Source: Vitrella brassicaformis CCMP3155 (Eukaryota; Protista; Chromerida). From it: 64,000 nucleotides of DNA. The translations under genes were made by a program, and so were the position numbers. The DNA is taken from positions 1 through 64,000 of the forward strand of contig CDMY01000482.1 of NCBI GenBank assembly GCA_001179505.1, in the 5' to 3' direction. Shown here piece by piece: positions 23,601-34,946 of this stretch. The notes beneath the pieces were generated by a model. The model was not told where the DNA came from. It saw only the letters and a list, made by a program, of their open reading frames with translations, and ran no database searches. Every line of letters starts with the position of its first letter. Position 1 is the first letter of the stretch.

Positions 23601-26186
23601 CCGCACTTGCCGGTCTTGCGCTGGCTGCATGACGCCACCGACGCCGCGCATGCCGTCGACAAAACACAGGGCCATGCTCTTGCGCTCCATGGTGACGGCC
23701 GCTGACCGCTGCAAATGAATGGACTGCCGGGGGAGGGGCCTGTCCATGAACAGGGGGCCGTCGGAGGCTGGGTCATGCCGTGTCACGGTGATGAACATGC
23801 CCGATGGCTGTCGGTGCTCTGGTGGAGGGGTGGGTGGCTGTGAGGGGGGGCTGGGGAGCTTGAGAGTGAGGTGTGAGTTGGGGGCCATCTTGACGAGCAA
23901 GGAGTCGCTGACGTCGGCGAGGCACGGCCACCGGTACGGCACGGCGTGGGTGAGGGGCGGAGATGAGGATGGTGCGACCACTTCAACATCCATGTCCCCT
24001 GCTGCCGCCTTGACGCGCCCATGGGCCTCCCTCAGGCTCTCCATGCACACGGGCGCCGCCCCGGCATCCTCATGCAGGCTCCCAAGCGCCTCGACAACCG
24101 CCCCCGCCCTCCCCCTCTGCCTCAGTGCCATCACCAGCCGAGCGATCGAGCTGACCAGCACATCTATCTCGGTCATCAGGGGCATCTCCCAGATGTCCGA
24201 TCCAAGCATGGGGCAGCACGGGTCCGCGGGGCACTGGTGCGTCAGCATGGACCGGTGAGAGAAGGGCGGGGGCGGGCTGAGGCAAGAGTTGACGATGCGG
24301 TCGACCAGGGGCTTGGCGAGATCGGCTGGTGTGGCGCCCATGGCGCGAATAAAGCGGGGCGGGAGTTTGCGTGTCCAGTCGAGTGCGAGGGAGAAGTGCA
24401 GCCAGCAGATGTTGGATGGGCAGGGGGGCGGCTCGTCGTGGCTGGTGGAGCCCGGAGTGTGGGGCAGCAGCTGGAAGCAGAGGGCTGCCTCCCCGCCGGC
24501 CGGCGCTTCTGTCGTCCGATCGGTGTGGTCGACGAGCAGCGTGCTGAGCGGGCAGAGGGCCACCGCATACTCCACCCGACTAGAACGGCCTGTGTGAAAG
24601 GATAGCAGTCGGGCACCATGCTGTGTTCAAAGATGAGAGCTCTCCTCTCTCTGTGTTGACTCACCTGGCATCGCTTTGGTGATGAGGTGAGCGCCGTGGA
24701 CGGTGAGTTTGGTTCCCCTCTTGAGGATGGTGCCGTGCAGCGTCTCGGATGCCCCCCACTGGTGCAGGAACAGTCGCATCCCGCCTGCCAACATATAGGC
24801 GCCCCATCCAAGGTAGCCATCGACAACCACGCCGCTGCACGAGTGCAGCTCGCTCGGCGGCAGAGCGACAGGTCCATCCCCCTCCATGATACACTCCCCC
24901 TCCCCCTCCCCCCCTTCGTTCTGCGGCTGCGCAGGAGCACCGGGCCACTGTGAGAACGCCATCATGATGCCCATCGATAGCGTCATGTGCGGCACGGAAC
25001 CCACAAAGGCTCTCGCGGCGTTCATGGGCGTGGCCGCTGCACCCAAAGACGACTGAAATATCGACGCATTCGGCGCTCCAGAAGCCGCGGGGAGCGGAGA
25101 GAGCACATCGACGATTGGCGGGGGGTTGCGGAGTCCGTCATCCGTGGAATCGATGTCGGCATTCTCGGCAAGGCGATAGCAAGTGGTGTGGGGGGTCGAG
25201 TGGTAGATGGAGTAACGGTGGCCGTCGTCCCCCTGGTCGAGCGTCATCATCTTGGGCACCAGATGGGTCGTGGCATAGCGGCCGCTCCCGGGTGTCAGCA
25301 CATACCGCCACTGCAGGCTCCGAGTGCCCAGAAACAGCACCGTCGCGCGACTCGACACGTCATCAGGGCCGCGGGGGTGCCGCAGACGCACACAGACGAC
25401 GTATGAGAGCCGCTCGCCGTCCGTCTTGTCAATGGACGTCTTGAGCTTCAGCACAGGGCCCACACTGATGACCTCCCCACACAGACTGGCACTGGCCGCC
25501 TCGCCGGCTGACAAGGGCGGGAGGGGTGTGTCTGGCAGACACACGAGCGGAAGACACTGGGATGCGTCGAGATGCAGGAAGCCCTCAGCACGCCCCTCGG
25601 TCACCTTCCGCAATGCCCGCCGCACCACTGATCTCGCCACCCGCTTGGTGTAGCTCTGCAGTGGGTGATAGACGGCCGCCCCCACAGGCACCAGAATGGG
25701 CACACCGAACAGAGAGCGGTCAAAACGCCCAGCGATCTCCACAATGAAGGACTGTGGCGTAAGCTCCGCCTTGCCGTCTATGCCGTCGTCACTGCCATGG
25801 TAATCCACCGTGAAGACAGCTCTCGCTGGCCCCTCTGATGCCCTTCCGCCAGATGATGTGGATCTCATTGTGGCGGACGTCTCGATGCTCAGAGTGCCCA
25901 CGAGGAAGCATCGCTCGTCGAAGTTCGTTTGCGGCTCTTGCCTCGGTGTGAGATCCAGGGCATCGGTCGCTGTCAGGAGGGCCGGTTTGACAAGCCCCGG
26001 CATGCGCCTGCACTTGCGGCATCTATCCTTGAAGATGGCCGAGGCCGTGTTGTTCCACGAGTGCTCGCGGGAAGCCAGGGCACCCCTGAGACCGCTGAGG
26101 AAGGCCTTTTCCTGGTCGGATATGCAGAAGGTCCTGTCAGGATCATCTGAGATCAGTGGCGGGATGGCCTGTGTTTCATCCTCCAT
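20675..26186 (-). CDS. Large multi-OB-fold protein, CTC1-like (CST complex large subunit); exons 26186-24665, 24589-22330, 22240-21446, 21368-20675, 1756 aa
   Basis: Four ORF-track ORFs join with matching phases (5271 nt, 3n). HSCSGVVVDGYLGWGAYMLAGGMRLFL...LKRGTKLTVHGAHLI...AVALCPLSTLLV resembles, from memory, the CTC1 OB segment YSGAVTGVL...GLYELDGQLGLCL...RPGVCLQLQDVHLL...VLAPCLRGAVLL. The C-terminal exon has a CPLCG...CSGGC zinc ribbon. Confidence 0.65.
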
Positions 26187-26395
26187 CGACTCTCAAAACC
26201 TGAAGGAAGAAAACACGAGGATTCAGGCCAGATTCTGATGATTGCGAGTCTTACCTGCGATGCAAGCATGGCATCAGCCACTGGGTGCTGTCGGTCTCTT
26301 TGATGAGGACACACAACAAAGATGAGTCCATTGGTGTGTGCAAGTGTCGTTATTCTCTCTGCACTCACCCTCTCGTCCCTTTGGTGGCAGCGGCG

Positions 26396-27963
26396 ATGCG
26401 ATGGCGAAGAAGTTGGGCTTCTGATCCTAATTCAAGCATGGTATCACAACGAGATCTATCATCTGCTCCTTTTCCATCTTTGCGAGCTGATCGAACTGAT
26501 GAGATTTCGGCGACAATTGCACGCATCAGGTACGCCAGAAGCTCAGATTGTACCGATACGGCTGCAGAATACATTGCTTCTCTCGCTGTGTGTCTTCCAG
26601 GATGTGGACCCCTCGCCCTCCCGGGGTGCATTCTCGGCCTCACCAGGCCAATACCGCCCCACCACCTGCCGGCGCACGCACCCGTCTTCCCTCCAGCAGC
26701 AGCAGCAACCCTCCCCCTGACCAGATCCGCACCTTCAAGACCATCATCTCGCAGCACCCAGGCTCAATCAGCGTCAAGACCCTTCGCCACTCCCCGCCCA
26801 TCCACACCTGCCAGGAGCTCATCCACTTCTGCCACGGCAACCCCCTCGTCCTCATGTACACCCTCGAGATCGACTATGCGGTGGCCACTGCACTGGTCGA
26901 CCAGTGCTTCGCCGCCATCACCCCGGCGCCCTCTCGCCTCGGCGACCTGTGGTTGGACGCCCGGTCGCTGCCGACAGGACTGCCCACCATCGACAGGGGG
27001 CTGCAGGGTGGTTTGGCGGCCGGGCAGGTGTTCGAGTTCGCCGGTCCAGCTGGCGTGGGCAAGACGCAGGTGTGCTTCTCGCTCGCCCAGTCGGCACTGA
27101 TGCAGCAGGAGACTGGAGGGGGAGGGGGAGGGAGCGTCATGTGGATTGACACCGAGGGCGCGTTCAGCCCAGAGCGGCTGGGTGAGGTGCTCATGAGCCG
27201 GGTGGATGGTGGGGCCACGATGTCGGCCGACAGAGGAGATGACGATGATATGGACATGGATCCCATTGAGCATCCGGCGGTGCGGGAGGCGTTAGGTCGC
27301 GTGCACGTCATGGAGTGCCACTCCCTCACCGACATCGACAAGGACCTCGCACCCCTACTCGCCAATGACACACCAACAGTACCTCCGCACACCGCCAGCA
27401 GCAGCAGCGGCAAGACCAACTGGAAGCTGGTCATCGTCGACTCGGTGACGGCCGCCGCCAAGCGCACCATGACCACCACCACCACCACTGCGCCTCAGCA
27501 GTCGGCCCCCGTATCAGCCATGGGCGCGCGTCAGATGCAGCTCAACTCCCTGGCTGAGAAGCTCAAGGTCATCGCCAACAAGCACGGCATCCCCGTGGTG
27601 GTGACCAACCAGGTGGCCGGCAGGGGCGGATGGGACGAGGCAGGCGACGCCGCACTGGGGCCGCTCTGGCACCATGCCGTCAACTGCAGATTCCTGCTCA
27701 CATACAGCGTGGAGCAGCGGCCGGGTGATGATGACGAGCAGCAGAAGGAGGGGCAGGATGGCGACCAGTCGCAGCCAATGCTGGTGGGTGGTGCTGGGGT
27801 TGGTCGGGCGGGAGTGAGTAGTGTGAAGCTGACGGCTCAGCTGCCGGCGTGGCAGCTGGAGATGGGCGAGCGTGAGCTGATAGTGCAGAAGAGCCCGGTG
27901 TGTGGGCCCGTGAGGGTCAAGTACACCATCCACAGCGGGGGGGTGGCGGAGGTCAGAGAGTGA
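26396..27963 (+). CDS. RAD51B: RAD51 paralog, most like RAD51B; main exon 26601-27963, start at 26396 or 26602
   Basis: TGLPTIDRGLQGGLAAGQVFEFAGPAGVGKTQVC (Walker A), VMWIDTEGAFSPERL, KLVIVDSV (Walker B), IPVVVTNQV and AALGPLWHHAVNCRFLL. Which paralog it is remains inference. Confidence 0.85.
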
Positions 27964-29084
27964 GGGGGCAAAGGGGGACGGACAGGCGGATGGATAGCTC
28001 TCTTGGATGGACACCTGTGTGCCTTCCTTCATGTATCGCGAACGAATTAATTGTTGATATGTAATGTATTGCACTCGTCTTCTCCTCATGTTGAGAAGAT
28101 GGCTTTCTCGCACTCACCGGACCTTGAGCCATTCAAATGTGTGCATCTCAATGCCCCCATGTCCAAGGCTCGCAAGGAAGCCAGTCTTCTCAACACGACC
28201 GAGGGCCACCACACACACACACACATGCATCAATGACTTGCGTGACAGTAATCACACCACGTGGGTCGGCAGGTAGGGATGGATGCCTCTGTCTCGCTCC
28301 CCCATACCACACAACAGCGAGGGAGAGAATACAATACAGACCACGAATATACCCAAGAGAGAGAGTTCGAGCCCGCTTGTGTCGGGATGCTGGCTTTGTG
28401 TGTTTCCCCAGCGTGCCGCCGACGTCCATGACATCTCTCATATCAGAAAGGTGCCATGGGCGTGCGACGAGACTGAGCAACACCCAAAGCCATCTTCGAC
28501 AAGGACGGCACCGACAAGAGGGCCGGCCGCATCGACAGAACCAAGCGAGAGCTAAGCACGTGCCATGACGGACAGCAAGGGAAATGACACAACCGATAAA
28601 AAACACACTTGGCAGGGGAAAATGGGCCATCAAACGACTCGCTGTCTGTCTGTCCGTCTGTCTGGATCTGATTCTGTCCGTTCGCCCGTCCCGTCCCGTG
28701 ACGTTCGTGACAGCTCCACTTGAACGAGCGAGCGTCACGAACATCACGCGCGACACCACGAACATACAAAATCAGATAGTGGACAAGCGAAAATTCCATT
28801 GTGCATCGTTGGTAACATGACATCCTCTATCCCTGTGCCAACGACAAGCGCAGCAAGTGCTTGCTGCGACTCATCGTTGCTGCAGGGCGGGAGAATGCGA
28901 AGCTGCCAACATGCACCTCTGCACAGAACACGAGAGAGGGGAAAAAGACGCACACATACCGATAAAGGACCGAAAAACACCCACGTAGCAAAAGGGCCTC
29001 CCTCTAGTGTAGGCTGTCAGGCCAGGCCAGCGCGCATCTAAGTACGACAGGTACGCTACATCGCTTTGCTGCCGGATCGCTCGG

Positions 29085-30781
29085 TCAGTATTTGGGCAGG
29101 AAGGGGTTCTCGTCTCCCGGCTTCATCCGCGCAAACGTGTGGTTGACAGCACGGTGGTAACTCTCATCTGCAGCAGTGCACAATGCATCCACCACACACA
29201 CGGGATGCACACGCGCCTCTGGCATGTTGTGTGTGTGCGTGCGTGTGTGTGTGTGTGTGTCTGACCTGCTCTCATGGCCAGGATGACGTCTTTGATGGTT
29301 GCATTCTCGGCCAGACACCAGTAGTCGCGAGCCGCAGGCGGCACAGACATGGATGCCAGCTCGGGCAGCTTGCCGCTGTCCAGCTTATGACACACACACA
29401 CACACACACACACACAGTGGACACAGCTACTTGTGCCTGTGTAGCCCAGGCGGTGGTTTGGTCCGATCTCTCTCACCTCGTTGAGGAGTGTGGTGTAGGT
29501 CTGCACGGCCTCCTCATTCAGATAGCCGGCCAGCCTGCACGACGACACGCAAAATCAACACACCACGACACACAGATAGCTGTCGAACATGTGTGCGCCT
29601 GCGCGCCTGCCTGCCTGTCTACCTGTGGGAGTATCTGGGCGAGATGAGGTACGACACCCCGTAGCCAACGATGCTCACAAACTGACAGAAACAACACAGC
29701 ACAGCACACGCAAGCCTTGCAGATGGATGAGGGCCGAGCCCGCGCCCGCGGTCCCTGTGTGTCCGTCCGCACCTGTGCCGCCAGTATGTTGATGCGCGTC
29801 AGTACCGATGGGTGCTTGAGGTCCAGCACAAACATCAGGTGCATCCGCTCGTTCTCAGACTCTGAGCCAACACACACACACGCACAAACACACACGCCCA
29901 CCGCCCAAATGAGGCTGCATTCAATTGCTGAATAGCCGACTGACCTTCGAGCAGTGTGTGGATCCAGCCCTGGTCCGACTCGAACTTCCGCAGGCACTGC
30001 AGGTGCCTACTCATGGCGCCGATGATGCCTGGCACAGCAGATATGCTCTCCAGCACCAGCATGCGACGGAGCCACCCGGAGGACTTGAGCGTGACGAACG
30101 AATAACCTACCACCACAACACACGGCCACGTTCAGCCTGCAGTGAGTGTCACGGGCAGTGCATACCGACCGGTGGTGGTGTTGTACAGCGCCCTCAGAGA
30201 CAGCGCAGTCCAGCTGGCCAGGTGCTCCGAAAACCCCTCAGGCGGATGATGCGCCAACCTGAGCAACACGCATTGGATGCATCATCAGACAACTCTCCCA
30301 AGCTATCGTGAATGTGCTGCGCTCTTACGTGACGTTCTCGACGTCGGCATCGCTCCAGATCTGCCAGAACGGCAACAGACACACAAACAGCACGTCACTG
30401 AAAACGCTACGACACGTGTGCAGCTCCCTCCCTCCCTCCTACTGGGTGGTGCATGCGGTATTCTGACGGGTGCGGCACCCACTGGTCGCTGGACATGACG
30501 CCCTCCGTCTTCATCCGCAGCCTGAAGTGCCGCGTGTCGCCGCCCTGGGCAGCGGTGTAGCCGAACGGGAACTCAGAGAACACGCTCTTCGCTGGCTTGG
30601 CTCCCTCGGCCTCATCGGCCTTCTTGTCCGTCTGTGATGTGGTTGACAGGTGCCGCCTGACGAGCAGAGGGTGGAAGGCGGTGCAGCGAAGCGGTGAGCG
30701 GTAGAAGGTCGCCGGGAGTGCGGCCGACAGAGCTTTTGGCACGGCGGCGAGGCAAGGGGAGGGCCTTGTGAGCAACGACAT
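29085..30781 (-). CDS. AOX: Mitochondrial alternative oxidase (ubiquinol oxidase), multi-exon
   Basis: An R/S-rich presequence is followed by HHPPEGFSEHLASWT, RMLVLESISAVPG, WIHTLLE|ESENERMHL, AGYLNEEAVQTY, ARDYWCL..ATIKDVILAMRA|DESYHRAVNH and NPF. Confidence 0.95.
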
Positions 30782-31020
30782 CTTCGACGAGACCACCAGG
30801 AGCAGAGATCTTCGACGGAGCGCTGTCCCAAGACGACCCGTAGGGTATATGGGGTTCAGGCTACTCCTGATGAATGAACATTGCAAATGACCAGCAATCT
30901 ATCTCCCAGCATCAGAACACAGCGCGTCGCCAAGCTTGACATCGCAGCGGTTTCAGGGACTTGACATTGATGCTGCGAGATCAGCTCGCAGGCGTGCGAG
31001 CTTCCTTTCATGAGAGTGAG

Positions 31021-33812
31021 ATGATGAAGACGAAGATGACGACGATGCGTCAGCAGCAGCCCTTTCCACGGCCGCATTCGCCGGAGCTGCCAAGGAAGCC
31101 ACGGCGTCGGAGACGGCGCAACTTCAACGTGGACAGCGGCGATGAAGGCGATTGCGGCGTCGTGGAAAGGAGCTGCCCATTTCGCTGCAGCAGAGCAGGC
31201 AGTCGGCCGGTGCACGTGGGATTCCCGCGTGCACCTGTCGGCTTCTGCTTCTGCAATTGCTTCAGCGGCGCGAGTCGACGCCGAGCGGATAAGGACCGTT
31301 CCGCACACCCCGGGCCCCCCCCTCACCCCCCTCCCCCGCTACAGCCACACCCGGCGTTCCCCCCACCCCCACCACATCCATATTTCTTCCCGCCCTTCCC
31401 GCCCCTCTTCACGCCAGAGGGCATGTATCTGCCGCCGCATCACCTGATGATGCAACCGCCGCCGGTGCCAATGGCAGCAGCCAACTCAATGGGCGCGGGT
31501 GCGCATCCGATGCCCATGTCAGCCGAGGAGGTGATGCGGGCGCACGAGGGCCACGTGAACATGGGGAGGGAGGTCGGGCCGTCCAAGGTGTCGGGTGGTG
31601 TGAGGCCACGGCTGCCCACGATCGTCTCACCGAGGAGCCGCGAGAAGAGGACACCGTCTGCATCGGCCACGGATGGCACACAGATCGCCTACGGCAAGAC
31701 CAATCAGCATGGTAAGCAATGGGAAGCGATCGAAAAGCAGTCAACTCAACTCATCTCTCATGTGTCATGGTTTGCCCTCAGGTTCGTTCTCTGCAGCAGC
31801 AGCTGCTGCGTCTAGCAGTGATCCAGCCCCACCCCTCCCCGTCCCCCTCCCCCGTCCACATCCCTCCCACCTTTATCCCATCCCCACCAGTGGCAACGCG
31901 GCCGACCCAATGGCCATCCCGGCCCTCCCCCACGTACTGCAGCCACAGCAGCCCGCCATGTCAACCTCCCAAGACACCACCAACACCACAGCGGCCATGG
32001 GCATGGCCCTGCTGCACCACCGATGGGCACAGCAGAACAACGCCTTCCTGCGTGACAAGTTCGGTCACCCGGAAGAGATCCTCCGCTTCTCCGCCGACCA
32101 GAACGCCTTTGTTCTGGCCCTTGGCGGCCTCCCGGCGGCCGACGGCCAGCTGTTCTTCACCGCGGCTCCGGGGGGTGACAGCGCCGCGACAGAGGCCGGC
32201 CTGACTGCCGCTCTCAACGAGGCCCTCATGTATGCCGAGGAGCACCTGCGTCAGGCGCAGGACGACAGGCACGGCAGGCAGCCAGCCGAGGAGACCCAGC
32301 AGCAGCAGCAGGAGGAGCAGATTGCTGATAGCACGACAGACGTGCCACAGCGCACGAGCGACGACTCAACAGGTACACGTGTGCATACCCACACACGTGG
32401 AGGACTCCTTTCCCGAGCCATATGCACGTACTCTTTCCTTCTCTCTTCAGACATGTCGCCATCTCCCGACTGGCCCCCACGTGCACCGCACCAGGCTGAC
32501 CTGCTCCCGGCCACTGCCCCAGCGCCGCCCACTCACACCCAGCCGGCCGTCATCATGCCCCCCCTCGATGCGTCTAGATACCTGGACCCAGGTGACGTCA
32601 TCAATGTCGACCACTGGACGAGATTCGAGTGCCGCAGGCTGCTATGCAGCGGTCGGGGGGAGTATTCGATATGGGTGGGGCTGCTCAAGAAGGCAGAGGC
32701 CGACGCACACGAGGCTGTGTGCAAGTACATTACGGAGGACCAACGGAGGGAGGGGGCGAAGCGGGCAAGGGAGCTCAGCGCCACACTCAGGCAGGAGGCG
32801 GCCAGGCTGCGCGAGGTCAACACCGCCATCGAGACCACAGCGGGGGGCGCGCCGCGGCAGTGCCAGCTGGCCACCCTGGCGTCGCCCACCCCGACGGGCA
32901 CTACCAGTATTTCGCCTCAGCTGCTGGCGGTGGTGGAGGATCTTGAAGCACTCCGGCCAGTCGTGAGCCGAGAAGGCGAGACGCTCTCGGGGACGGGAAC
33001 ATGTATCATCATGTCTCAGGCCGGCGAAGGTGAGCACAACACGATCAACCGATACACACACGGGCGTCGCGATTGCGCATCAGCCGACGTCGCTCTCTTT
33101 TTGTGTCATGCAGGTGTATCTCTGGGCGAATTTTGCGAGAGCGTGAGCCTTGTCCCGCCCCTCCTCAAGATGACAATAGCGGTCAACCTCGTCCAGTCTG
33201 TCCTTGTTCTGCACGAGGCCCAAATCTGCCACAATGACTTCCATCCCGACAATGTGGTGCTCCTAGACAAGACGACGGGCGAGGTTGCGATCATCGATTA
33301 CGAGAGCAGCCGCAACATAGGAGCTGGCGACTCGCGGCCTCTCACCACACGCCCCGCTGCCCCATGCACGACCCTCCACAATCTCCTGGCCATCCTGCAG
33401 CGGCGGGCACTGAAGAACGAGACCATCGGCTATGAGTCGGACATGGTATCGGTCATGTGCTCGCTGCTGCTGCTGGTGGTCGATGGCCACCAGTTTGGCC
33501 ACACAGCTCTACCGGAGGGCGCGCGAGGCGATGCGTGAGGTGGTGGCCATGTGTGAGCAGGCCGCGGGGGAGGGGCGCCATCTGCCGGTGGACTTGCTGG
33601 CCGACGAGTATGTGGGGGCTGTAGAGAAGACCTACCAGGACGCCATCAGCACCATCGACCGTGACGACAAACTGATGGACACCATTCGGCCGCTGTCCAT
33701 GATGACAGTCGAGCTGTATAAAAAGGTATGCGAGGCGCATGCCAGGGGTGGCTCAGTGGAGCAGATGAGGGAGATGATGGAGAAGTACTGCATAGAAATG
33801 AAATCAGTTTAG
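31021..33812 (+). CDS. Atypical protein-kinase-like protein with long Pro/Gln-rich N-terminus; apparent frameshift near 33495
   Basis: SGRGEYSIW (Gly loop-like), AVCKY, CHNDFHPDNVVL (catalytic loop), AIIDYE (DFG position) and SDMVSVMCSLL (subdomain IX-like). Coding-like sequence continues in another frame to 33812. Confidence 0.7.
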
Positions 33813-34147
33813 TGACGGGTGGGTCTGTGAGTCCACACTCACACAATGTCGTTATCTCTCGCTCTGTGTGCAGAGATGCGCCGCATCGTGACTGAGTGCC
33901 CGCCCACAGAGGCGCCAGTGCCGGCAGCAGCAGGTGACAATGACACGTACAGGTAACGGACCATACATGTGCCACTGTGCGTGTGCACACTTTTGTCCAG
34001 ATCGGTCCGGCGAGTCGCTGTCGCCATTCGACCTAGGCTCGCCATTCAGCATGCCGTTCGGCACACCTTTCGACACGGACGGCCCGGCTGTCATCATCAT
34101 GTCGTGAGAGGGGCTGCCGCCTCACTCACGACACCATGGTGATCCAG

Positions 34148-34777
34148 CCATGGACAGAGGCTGACGAGGCGGCAGGCGGCCAATTTCGATGCTGACGAGT
34201 GGCTCGGTGCAGGGCAGCCGAGTGGTGGTGTGAATGAACATGAAGAGGTGTGTGAGGGCCCGGTTGACTATGAAGACGGCTGTGATTCGGATGACGGCAT
34301 TGTGAATATGATGGTGGTGAGAACGGCTGAGGAAGAGCGTCTGAGGAGAGTTGTGCGTGCTGGGGTCTATGGGCGGATGGCTGTGCTGCTGGGCCCTCTT
34401 GCCTACGCGGAGGGGCCGCATAAGGGGCAGGCCTCTCGGGACTCATTTTCCCCTAGGTGTGTGTGTGAGTGTGAGAGTGTGTGTGGGTGTGGGTGTGTGG
34501 GTGATGGTCTGTCCGGTCGACGTTTCTTTTCTGTTTGGACGTCTGGTGTAGAATATCTCGCAAACATGCAGAGAGGAATGAATTCATTCATACACAACCT
34601 ACATGGCCTTGTTTTGTGTGCAGGCGGCTGCATGTGCTGGAGGGTGTAACGCTGGATGACCCGCCGTTCGCCTCAGCCGCCCACTCATCAACGGTTGAGG
34701 ACCAGACCAGTGATGGCGGCGTCTTCGGGGGCCCGTTCACCGTGATAGTTGCCAGATGCCGCCACCACACTCGCTGA
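34148..34777 (+). CDS. Hypothetical exons, possibly a 3' continuation of the kinase gene or a separate gene
   Basis: Open GT/AG-bounded segments give ...DEWLGAGQPSGGVNEHEEVCEGPVDYED... and RLHVLEGVTLDDPPF...; no recognisable domain. Confidence 0.35.
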
Positions 34778-34946
34778 CGAAATAGGTAAGGGAGACACTA
34801 ACAACCACGCTGCTTTGCATGGAACGCCTTACGGATCATGTGGCGTCTGTCCTTTGCAGCTCTGGTTGAGACCCACACGAACGACCTGCTAGACCCTCCG
34901 TCCATCATCTTGCCCTCCCCCTCCCCAGCGCTCGCTCGTCAGCCAA

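Noticed and set aside
28280-28590. Coding-like fragments between RAD51B and AOX
   Set aside because: No consistent start, splice path or domain could be assembled.
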